From Alphaproteobacteria bacterium (GTDB lineage: Bacteria > Pseudomonadota > Alphaproteobacteria > MPNO01): DNA of 64,000 nucleotides. Numbering within the stretch: position 1 is the first letter of the stretch; the number at the start of each line of letters is the position of its first letter. Below the pieces are notes generated by a model that saw only the letters and a program-made list of their open reading frames with translations, was not told the DNA's origin and searched no databases. The stretch covers positions 1,152,001 through 1,216,000 of the forward strand of contig CBDFLJ010000002.1 in NCBI GenBank assembly GCA_965248835.1. The letters run 5' to 3'. This document shows, in pieces, positions 33,579 to 41,387 of the stretch. The position numbers were made by a program, and so were the translations under genes.

Positions 33579-33598
33579 CGTGACGGCTTTGGCTCCGG

Positions 33599-34711
33599 TC
33601 AGAGGAAGTGGCCGCTCTTGCTGGCCTTGGTGGACAGGTAGAATGCGTTGTGGTCATTGGACGGGAAGGCGTGGGGGACACGCTCGGTGACCTCGATGCC
33701 GAAATGGGCAAGCCCGTCGACCTTGTCGGGATTGTTGGTCATCAGCCGGACCTTCGCAAACCCCAGCCGGCGCAGCATCTCCGCAGCCGGCAGAAAGATC
33801 CGCTCGTCGGCCTCGAAGCCCAGCCGCTCGTTGGCCTCGACGGTGTCGAAGCCCTGGTCCTGCAGCGCGTAGGCACGCAGCTTGTTGATCAGCCCTATGC
33901 CGCGGCCTTCCTGAGCGAGATAGAGCAGGATGCCGCTGCCGGCGGCAGAGATGTGCTCGATCGCCCCGCGGAGTTGCTGGCCGCAATCGCATTTGAGCGA
34001 GCCCAGCAGGTCGCCCGTGAAGCATTCCGAATGGAGCCTGGCGAGCACCGGGCCCGGCGGTGCGGGATCGCCGATCACGATGGCGAAATGCTCGATGCCG
34101 CCATCGCGCGGCCGAAAGGCGACGATTCGGGTCGCCTCCGCGCCTTCGAGCGGGACCCGCGCCGATGTCACGCGTTCCAGCGCGCAGGCCGCGGCGAGGT
34201 CATAGGCCATGATGTCCGCAGCGGTCAGCCGCAGAACCGACGTGCCGGGCGGTCCCAGCACCACGCCGAGATCATCGACGGAAACGGTAAGCACCGCCGG
34301 CAGCAGCCGGGCGATCTTTGCCAGCCGGACGGCGGCGAGGACCCCTTCGGGCACCGGATCGCGGCGTGCCTCGAACGGCCCGCGAAGCGGATGAGACAGG
34401 TCGGTTGCCGGATCGGCAAGGCTCGCCAGGGCTTCGACCGCAAGCCAGTCCGGCACCGGGATGCGCACCACGTCGGGGGTGTAGAGTCTGATCTTCAGTG
34501 TCACCGCCCTGTTGTGGGTGATCGCCAGATCGGGTTCGACGCCGGCCCAGGCGCGCAGGGCCGCCAGACGCTCGGCGGAGGCGAACTCGGCCGCGAACGC
34601 GATCACGCCCGGGACGCTGTCGGGATCGGCGATGACCACCGGCAGCCCGCGGCGCAGGTCGCCCGCGGCCCGGTCGACACCGGCCAGGGGTGAGACCGCA
34701 AACCCACTCAT
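33599..34711 (-). CDS. ribA: GTP cyclohydrolase II, long alphaproteobacterial form
   Basis: RLHSECFTGDLLGSLKCDCG, QEGRGIGLINKLRAY and LMTNNPDK motifs. Confidence 0.93.
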   Translation of the reverse strand: MSGFAVSPLAGVDRAAGDLRRGLPVVIADPDSVPGVIAFAAEFASAERLAALRAWAGVEPDLAITHNRAVTLKIRLYTPDVVRIPVPDWLAVEALASLADPATDLSHPLRGPFEARRDPVPEGVLAAVRLAKIARLLPAVLTVSVDDLGVVLGPPGTSVLRLTAADIMAYDLAAACALERVTSARVPLEGAEATRIVAFRPRDGGIEHFAIVIGDPAPPGPVLARLHSECFTGDLLGSLKCDCGQQLRGAIEHISAAGSGILLYLAQEGRGIGLINKLRAYALQDQGFDTVEANERLGFEADERIFLPAAEMLRRLGFAKVRLMTNNPDKVDGLAHFGIEVTERVPHAFPSNDHNAFYLSTKASKSGHFL

Positions 34712-34812
34712 AGACCCTAAATACGCCGCCCAGGGCGATCGGGCAAACACCGGGCCGGCCCCTTGCCGCCCGGCTGGCGCTGTGCGAGGTTGAGGATGCG
34801 ATCGCAAGGAAC

Positions 34813-35838
34813 GTGGTGGTCATGGAAGCCTGGGAAGTCAAAGACTTGGCGAAGTCTTTCGGCGCTGATCTGGTCGGTATCGCCAGCGCGGAGGTGCTCA
34901 ACGCCTTCCCCCCCGATCCGCTGTTTCCCCAGACCCCGGAACGCATCTCGCCGCACGCAAAGTCGGTCATCGTCATTGTCCAGCGCATCCCGGTCGGCGC
35001 CTTCCGCTGCAAGACCAACGTGCCGGTCCAATACATCAACATGCTGGTGCTGCGCCGCATGGACAAGATCGCCTACCGCGTGGTCGAGGCCCTGGAGCGT
35101 GCCGGTTACCCGAGCTTCGTGACCGCGGCCCAGGAGACCGATTGGTCCTACAAGCGCGCCTCCTACGGCCGGCTCAGCACCCGGCACCTGGGAATCGAGG
35201 CGGGGCTGGGCACGTTCGGGCTGGAGGTGAACATTCTGACGCCGGAGTTCGGCCCGCGGATCTATCTGACCGGCGTCCTGAGCGAATGTGTGCTGGAGCC
35301 CGACCGGCCGATGACGGAGCAGGTCTGCATCGGTGAAAGCTGCAGCCGCTGCCTTTATTCCTGCCCGACCGATGCGGTACGCCATTTCGGCATCGACAAG
35401 CGGGCGTGTTCCATCGAGGCGCAGGAGTTTGGTTTCTCCACCATCCTCAAGTTCTGGGAGCATTTCATCGCATCGGACGGAGCGACCAGGCGCCGGCTGA
35501 TCAGCGACCGCGAGATCTTCGGGTTCTGGCAGGGGCTGTTGCGGGTGGTCGGTTCGTTCGGCGACTGCCCGCGCTGTCTTGCCGTCTGTCCGGTGGGCAA
35601 CGACTACCATGCCCATCTGGCCGACCTGCAGAAGGTGATCCCCGAAAAGACGCCCGAGAAGGTCGACAAGGCGCGCGGTTTCAAGGATGCACGCAAGGCT
35701 GGCGCCGATATCGACGGGCTCAACGACTGGAACGTTCGCTGGGTTGGTCCCGAAGGCTACAAGGGGATCGTCGCCCGCCAGCTCCAGGCCTTCAAGGCAG
35801 AGCAGCGCGCACGTGAAAAAGACGCACTTGAGGATTGA
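34813..35838 (+). CDS. QueG/reductive dehalogenase-like 4Fe-4S protein, paralog 1
   Basis: GADLVGIA, SVIV, HLGIEAGLGTFG...LTPEFGPRIYL, CIGESCSRCLYSCP, a lone C (KRAC) and CPRCLAVCP. Start could be 34813, 34816 or 34822. Confidence 0.8.
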   Translation: MVVMEAWEVKDLAKSFGADLVGIASAEVLNAFPPDPLFPQTPERISPHAKSVIVIVQRIPVGAFRCKTNVPVQYINMLVLRRMDKIAYRVVEALERAGYPSFVTAAQETDWSYKRASYGRLSTRHLGIEAGLGTFGLEVNILTPEFGPRIYLTGVLSECVLEPDRPMTEQVCIGESCSRCLYSCPTDAVRHFGIDKRACSIEAQEFGFSTILKFWEHFIASDGATRRRLISDREIFGFWQGLLRVVGSFGDCPRCLAVCPVGNDYHAHLADLQKVIPEKTPEKVDKARGFKDARKAGADIDGLNDWNVRWVGPEGYKGIVARQLQAFKAEQRAREKDALED

Positions 35839-35841
35839 GCG

Positions 35842-36852
35842 ATGGTTGCTGCCTACAAGACACCGCTCGATGCCGCGGCGATCAAGCAAAAGGCCAAGGC
35901 GCTCGGCGCCGATCTCGTCGGCATCGCCGACGGCGCGGTGATGGACGCCCATCCGCCCGACCCGCGCAATCCGCAACGGCCCAGCGACATCACCGAGCAC
36001 GATGGCGGACGGGTGATCGTGCTGGCCAAACGCTATACCGCCGGCACCACGCGAATCGCCCGGTGGGACGAGCGCCACAAATATTACAACGACGAGATCA
36101 CGCTCACGAGGCTGGAAGAGACCGCGCTGGAACTCGTCTTCTGGCTCGAGGACCATGGCTATCCGGCGATTATCATCCCGCCGACCCATGTCGACCCTTG
36201 GCGCTACCGCGGCGACCCGGGCCAGCACATGACCACGGTTCTCTCGCTCACCCACGCCGCTGTCGAGGCAGGCCTGGGCACGCTCGGGCTCAACCTCCAG
36301 CTCCTCACGCCCGAATTCGGGCCGCGGGTAATCCTGACCGCGGTCCTGTGCAGCCTCCCGTGCGAAACCGATCCCCGGATCACCGAGACCCTGTGCAAGG
36401 GCCCCGAATGCGGCCGTTGCCTGTCAGCCTGTCCGGGCGATGTGGTCGGGCATTGGGACCGGGACTGGCCGGCCTGCGACCGGTTCCGCTCTCCGCACGG
36501 CTTTGCTCAGTTGGTCGACCATCTGGGCGAGATCCTCGAAGCGCCGGACGAGGCCGCCCAGCTCGATCTGATCCGGTCGGAGACCAGCTTCAACCTCTGG
36601 CAGTCCATCCTGCGCGGCGCCGGGGTGATCACCGGCTGCCGGCGCTGCCAGGACGTCTGCCCGGTGGGCGAGGACTATGAAGCGATGCTGGACGATGCGC
36701 TGGAGCAGATCCCCGAGGCCAGCGCCGAGAAGTCCACCCGCCTGGCCGAGATGAACGTCGCCGAAGAAGCCGGCGGTTTACCGGAGAGTTACCGGGCGCA
36801 GGAGCGCTGGATCGGATCGCTCGGTTATCGACGGGATGCCGGCGGCGCATGA
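35842..36852 (+). CDS. QueG/reductive dehalogenase-like 4Fe-4S protein, paralog 2
   Basis: GADLVGIA, HAAVEAGLGTLG...LTPEFGPRVIL, CKGPECGRCLSACP, a lone C (WPAC) and CRRCQDVCP. Confidence 0.8.
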   Translation: MVAAYKTPLDAAAIKQKAKALGADLVGIADGAVMDAHPPDPRNPQRPSDITEHDGGRVIVLAKRYTAGTTRIARWDERHKYYNDEITLTRLEETALELVFWLEDHGYPAIIIPPTHVDPWRYRGDPGQHMTTVLSLTHAAVEAGLGTLGLNLQLLTPEFGPRVILTAVLCSLPCETDPRITETLCKGPECGRCLSACPGDVVGHWDRDWPACDRFRSPHGFAQLVDHLGEILEAPDEAAQLDLIRSETSFNLWQSILRGAGVITGCRRCQDVCPVGEDYEAMLDDALEQIPEASAEKSTRLAEMNVAEEAGGLPESYRAQERWIGSLGYRRDAGGA

Positions 36853-38204
36853 GCGCGATCGAGGACCTCGCCCGGGTCCATCGAAGGGCCCATTACGCGG
36901 ACCTGCCGCTGTGCATCCCGGAAAGCGCCGCGCAGGTCGCAGCGATCCAGAGCGCGCGCAAACGCGTCGCCGTGGAGCGGGCGCGGCGGTCGACATTCTG
37001 GCGGCCGCGGCTGCAACACATCGCGCTCGACAGGCTGGACGATCCCGAGGAGTGGGCGCGGATTCCGATCCTCGACAAGGACCAGCTCCGCGCGATGACG
37101 CCGGAGGCCTTCTACGCCGATTTCTGCACCGCCGGAGAAACACCGATCTGCGAGTATTGGCGCTCCGGCGGCAGTACCGGCCGGCCGCTGTTCTACCCCA
37201 AGACCTACGAGGACATGCTCTACAACATGATCGGCTTCACCCGGACGTTTGCCTGTGCCGGGATCGGGGCGGTGCCGGGATCGAGCGAGCGGGTGCACCT
37301 GTCGATGCCGCTGGGCATCCACCCCGCCGGCCATGTGTGGGCGCGGGCGGCCGAGATCATGGGCATGGCCGTGGTGTGGGGCGGATCGGGCGCATCGCTG
37401 CCCTCGACCCAGCAACTCGAGCTCATCGAGATGCTGTCGCCCACGGTGTGGATGGGGATGTCGAGCTACGGCCTGCATCTGGCGAACCTCGCCAACACGA
37501 GGGGCGGCGACCTTGCAGGCAGTTCGGTCAAGACCATCATGTGCACCGCCGAGCCGTGTTCGGCGGCCAAGCGTGAGAAGCTGGAACGCGACTGGGGGGC
37601 CAAGGTCTTCGACTGCTTCGGCATGACCGAGGTCAGCATGCTTGGCGCCGAGGGGCCTTCACGGGAGGCTTTCCGGGTCTGGTCGGATCTGGCGTTCTTC
37701 GAGGTGCTCGATCCGGAGACACGCAAGCCGGTCGCCGATGGTACACCCGGTCGACTGGTCGTGACCGCGCTGTTCGGCAACGAAGGGGCACCGTTCCTGC
37801 GCTGGGATTCCGGCGATATCGTGATCATGAACCCGACGGTGAGCGACGACGGCCCGTTCTCGGTCTTCCCGTTGCTGCGCCACGCCCACCGGACCGCCGG
37901 GTTCTTCAAGGTGCGCGGGGTTAACGTCAATCACCAGGAGTTCGAGGACTTCGTGTTCGACAACGCGGCGATCAACGACTTCAAGGCCGAGCTAGTCAGC
38001 GACACGACCGGGCTCGACCTGATGCGGGTCTCGATCGAGGTCCGCTGCGGCGTCGACGCGGAAACCGAGCGCCGCGATGTCGAGCGCCGCACCAAGGCGT
38101 TGTTCGAGGTTTCCCCGGAGGTGGTCGTGCTGGAGACCGGCACCCTCGCCGCGGAGTTTGAAGCCAGCGTCAAGGCGCCGCGGTTCGTCGACCGGCGTGC
38201 ATAG
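36849..38204 (+). CDS. Phenylacetate-CoA ligase (PaaK) family protein
   Basis: IPILDKDQLR, RSGGSTGRP, FGMTE, LVVTAL, LRWDSGD and FKVRGVNV motifs; ATGA overlap with paralog 2. Confidence 0.85.
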   Translation: MSAIEDLARVHRRAHYADLPLCIPESAAQVAAIQSARKRVAVERARRSTFWRPRLQHIALDRLDDPEEWARIPILDKDQLRAMTPEAFYADFCTAGETPICEYWRSGGSTGRPLFYPKTYEDMLYNMIGFTRTFACAGIGAVPGSSERVHLSMPLGIHPAGHVWARAAEIMGMAVVWGGSGASLPSTQQLELIEMLSPTVWMGMSSYGLHLANLANTRGGDLAGSSVKTIMCTAEPCSAAKREKLERDWGAKVFDCFGMTEVSMLGAEGPSREAFRVWSDLAFFEVLDPETRKPVADGTPGRLVVTALFGNEGAPFLRWDSGDIVIMNPTVSDDGPFSVFPLLRHAHRTAGFFKVRGVNVNHQEFEDFVFDNAAINDFKAELVSDTTGLDLMRVSIEVRCGVDAETERRDVERRTKALFEVSPEVVVLETGTLAAEFEASVKAPRFVDRRA

Positions 38205-38429
38205 GCCGGGACGGTTGGTCCTCCTGGCGAGTCGCCGAACCGGATTTCGTCATTGGTGATTCGCTTCTCCGGCGCGTTCGACGACCGCGCCGATATCGGC
38301 GGTTATCTCATAACATTCTGATATATATGGATTTATTTTCTGGCCGGATCAAAAAGCCGGCGAATCGCGGGCGCCGGAAAAACGCGTTTTTATGGTTAAC
38401 AAACCTTTTACATATAAGGATTATATGGC

Positions 38430-38570
38430 TTGGATTTACGGTTTCTCCCTTCCGTGAATCCTCTGCGCCACAGGGGGGGAGTTTGGTTGTCCTACCAATG
38501 CCTCCCTGTGACCCCTCTGTGACTTGCGGGGCCATAACGGCCGGCGCCGGCTTTGGCTCCGCATCTTTTT
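38430..38570 (+). ncRNA. Candidate small RNA, SuhB/MmgR (alpha-r8)-like architecture; 5' end uncertain
   Basis: Lies between convergent genes. Contains hairpin TTGGT-TGTCCT-ACCAA, anti-SD CCTCCCT, GACTT, then terminator TGCGGGGCCA...TGGCTCCGCA-TCTTTTT. Confidence 0.55.
38525..38570 (+). terminator. Rho-independent terminator
   Basis: Stem TGCGGGGCCA/TGGCTCCGCA with internal GCCGG-CG-CCGGC, followed by TCTTTTT. Confidence 0.65.
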
Positions 38571-38609
38571 ACCCCAATTCGAACGCGAAAAACAGCCGCC
38601 TGTTGCCGC

Positions 38610-39938
38610 TCAGCCATAGAGCGCGGCACAAATCACCACCGCGCCGGCGATCCCGGCGAGATCGGCGGTCAACCCGACCGCCAGCGCATGACGGATGCGG
38701 CGGATCTGCACCGCGCCGAAATAGACCGCGAGCACATAGAACGTCGTCTCTGTCGAGCCCTGCAGCGTGCTGACGACGTATCCGGCATAGCTGTCCGGCC
38801 CGATCGCAGGATCGTTGATGATCGCGGCGAGCACCCCGTAGGCGCCCGAGCCCGACAGCGGCCGCAGCAGCGCCATCGGCAGCGCTTCGGCCGGCAAGCC
38901 GACCAGCGACGTCACCGGCGATAGGACCGCGATCAAGCCGTCCAGCGCGCCGCTGGAGCGGAACATGCCGACCGCGACCAGGATCGCGACCAGATAGGGG
39001 ATGATCCGGACCGCGACCTGAAATCCGTCCCGCGCGCCGTCGACGAAGACCTCGTAGATACGCACGCGCTTGGCCACGCCGAAACCGAGGAGCGTGACGG
39101 CCAGTCCCGGGATGATCCAGGGCGAGATATGGGTGCCGAACATGATGGTGAGCGGCACCAGCGCGGCAATGAAACCCAGCGCCAGAACCGATACCCAGGC
39201 CGGATAGGCCTCGCCCGCCGCCTCGGCGGCCTCGGGATCGAACGGCGCAAGGTCTGTGGCGGGCTCCTCGGTGGTCTCGGCCCGGCTCCCGGCCTCACGC
39301 CGCACCCGCTCCGCGATCGCCGCCGGGGAGGCGGCAAACCGGCCATAGAGCTTTGCCGCCACGATCGCGGTGGTGGTCGAGCATATGGTCGCGAACAACG
39401 TCGTCGGCAGGATCCCGGCCGGATCGCCGGAGCCTGCGGCCGCGCGCAGCGCGATGACGCCGGTGGGCAACAGCGTCACCGAGGAGGTGTTGATTGCCAG
39501 GAACAGCACCATCGCATCGCTCGCGGTGCCTTTGTGGGGGTTGAGCCGGTCGAGCTCCTGCATCGCACGGATCCCGAACGGCGTTGCCGCGTTGCCGAGC
39601 CCGAGCGCGTTGGCCGACATGTTGAGGATCATCGCGCCCATTGCCGGGTGGTCGTGCGGGATGCCTGGGAACAGGCGGACCATCAGCGGCCGGATGGTCT
39701 TGGCGATGATGCTAAGCAGCCCGCCGGCCTCGGCGACCTTCATCAGGCCGAGGAAGAACGCCATCACCCCGATCAGCCCGATGGCGAGGGTGACGGCGCT
39801 GCCGGCGGTCTCGACCATGCCGAGCGCCAGGGTCTCCATCGGACCGACCGGCTCGAGGCCGGCCGGGACCCAGACGATCTGCCGCCACGCCGCCGTCCCG
39901 AACGCGATCAGAACGAGCGCGAAGAAGACCGCGTTCAT
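38610..39938 (-). CDS. Fused SpmA/SpmB (nucleoside recognition Gate domain) membrane protein
   Basis: ANALGLGNAATPFG (SpmA), FLAINTS, RPLSGSGA and GSTETTFYVLAVYFG (SpmB) motifs. Confidence 0.9.
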   Translation of the reverse strand: MNAVFFALVLIAFGTAAWRQIVWVPAGLEPVGPMETLALGMVETAGSAVTLAIGLIGVMAFFLGLMKVAEAGGLLSIIAKTIRPLMVRLFPGIPHDHPAMGAMILNMSANALGLGNAATPFGIRAMQELDRLNPHKGTASDAMVLFLAINTSSVTLLPTGVIALRAAAGSGDPAGILPTTLFATICSTTTAIVAAKLYGRFAASPAAIAERVRREAGSRAETTEEPATDLAPFDPEAAEAAGEAYPAWVSVLALGFIAALVPLTIMFGTHISPWIIPGLAVTLLGFGVAKRVRIYEVFVDGARDGFQVAVRIIPYLVAILVAVGMFRSSGALDGLIAVLSPVTSLVGLPAEALPMALLRPLSGSGAYGVLAAIINDPAIGPDSYAGYVVSTLQGSTETTFYVLAVYFGAVQIRRIRHALAVGLTADLAGIAGAVVICAALYG

Positions 39939-39963
39939 CTGGCGACGGGCGCGCGGCGGGGGC

Positions 39964-40392
39964 TTAGATGCCGGCGCTCAGCCCCGCCGCCTCGATGCCG
40001 GCAACCGCGGCGACCTCGTCATTGTCGGAGGTATCGCCGCTGACGCCGACCGCGCCGATGATTTCCTCGCCGTCCTTGATCAGGACGCCTCCCGGCACCG
40101 GCACCAGGCGTCCCTGGGCGACATCGGACAGGGCGCCGATGAAATGCGGGCGTTCTGCGGCCATGGCGCCCAGCGCGCGCGAAGACCGTCCCATGCCGAC
40201 CGCGCCGAAAGCTTTGCCCGTAGCGATGTGTGGGCGAAGCGCCGCGCCCGGCCCGTCTTCGCGCTTGAAGGCCTTGAGGTGTCCGCCGTCATCGACCACC
40301 GAGACGGTCAGCGGATTCATGCCCTTGTCGTGGCCGGTCTCGATCGCGACATCGACGATCGTCGCCGCCTGCGCCAGTGTGAGATTCGCCAT
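39964..40392 (-). CDS. GlcG/HbpS family heme-binding protein
   Basis: VVDDGGHLKAFKREDG, GKAFGA and PGGVLI...GAVGVSG...DE motifs. Confidence 0.9.
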   Translation of the reverse strand: MANLTLAQAATIVDVAIETGHDKGMNPLTVSVVDDGGHLKAFKREDGPGAALRPHIATGKAFGAVGMGRSSRALGAMAAERPHFIGALSDVAQGRLVPVPGGVLIKDGEEIIGAVGVSGDTSDNDEVAAVAGIEAAGLSAGI

Positions 40393-40505
40393 TGCGCTGT
40401 CTCCTTGTCCGATGGAATGGTGCCGCACCGTAGTCGCAGGCCCTGACCAAAGAAAGCTTGAAGTGCCCCGGCACGCCCGTGATAGGGTCCGACGAGGAGG
40501 CGCCG

Positions 40506-41387
40506 ATGGTCATGCGAAAACGTCGTTGCGGGTCCTTCGAGATCCAGGCGGTCGAGGAGTGGTCGGGCCTCTATCGCGACCCGCTGGAAATGTATCCCGA
40601 TGCGACGCCCGAGATCGTCGACCGACACCGCGATTGGCTGGTCCCCGAGGCGTTGGACGCCGAGTCGGGCCTGATGATCTTCGCCTTTCAGAGCTACCTT
40701 TTGCGGACCGGCCGCTACACGATCCTCATCGATTCCTGCGTCGGCGAGGACAAGGAGCGCCCCGACCGGCCGAACTGGCACCGTAAGAAATGGCCGTGGC
40801 TCGACAACCTCAAGGCCGCCGGCGTTGCCCCCGAGGAGGTCGATTTCGTGATGTGCACCCATCTGCACGTCGATCACGTGGGCTGGAACACCAAGCTCGT
40901 GGACGGGCGTTGGGTGCCGACCTTCCCCAACGCCGCCTATCTGTTCGGGGAGACCGAGTACCGCCACTGGGAGGCCGAGTCCAAGAACCTCGACTTCATG
41001 CGCGAGGTCTTCGCCGACAGCGTCCTGCCGATCATGGAAGCGGGCAAGGCCACTCTGATCGGCGCCGATTTCGAGATCGACGCGGGGCTGACGATCGAGC
41101 CGACTCCCGGGCACACGCCGGGCCATATCTGCCTCAACGTGAACTCGCAGGGCCAGCAAGCGGTGTTCGCCGGCGATCTGATGCACCACCCGCTCCAGGT
41201 GCCCGAGCCGCAGCTCTCCAGCATCTTCTGCAGCGACGCCGAGCAGTCGCGCATCACGCGCAAGGCCTTCGTCGAGCGCTATACCGACAGCGATACGGTC
41301 ATCCTGCCGGCCCATTTCCCCGGGCGCTCGGCCGGGCGCATCAGGGACCAGCGCGGAACGACGCGGTTCGTCTTCTGCGATGACTGA
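40506..41387 (+). CDS. MBL-fold metallo-hydrolase
   Basis: THLHVDHVGWN, PTFPNA, PGHTPGH, GDLMH and PAHF motifs. Confidence 0.9.
   Translation: MVMRKRRCGSFEIQAVEEWSGLYRDPLEMYPDATPEIVDRHRDWLVPEALDAESGLMIFAFQSYLLRTGRYTILIDSCVGEDKERPDRPNWHRKKWPWLDNLKAAGVAPEEVDFVMCTHLHVDHVGWNTKLVDGRWVPTFPNAAYLFGETEYRHWEAESKNLDFMREVFADSVLPIMEAGKATLIGADFEIDAGLTIEPTPGHTPGHICLNVNSQGQQAVFAGDLMHHPLQVPEPQLSSIFCSDAEQSRITRKAFVERYTDSDTVILPAHFPGRSAGRIRDQRGTTRFVFCDD

Noticed and set aside
34813-36852. Respiratory reductive dehalogenase (rdhAB) or canonical queG
   Set aside because: No TAT leader or rdhB anchor gene; the tandem paralogy, insert and ligase context differ from single-copy QueG. Kept only as a superfamily-level call.
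38400-38432. Possible dif site or replication origin in the AT-rich gap
   Set aside because: TTTTACATAT resembles a XerD arm, but the spacer and XerC arm do not fit, and I saw no DnaA-box cluster.
38308-38773. Small ORFs in the paaK-like/spmAB gap
   Set aside because: Atypical composition, no clear RBS or motifs, and overlap with structured RNA-like elements and spmAB.
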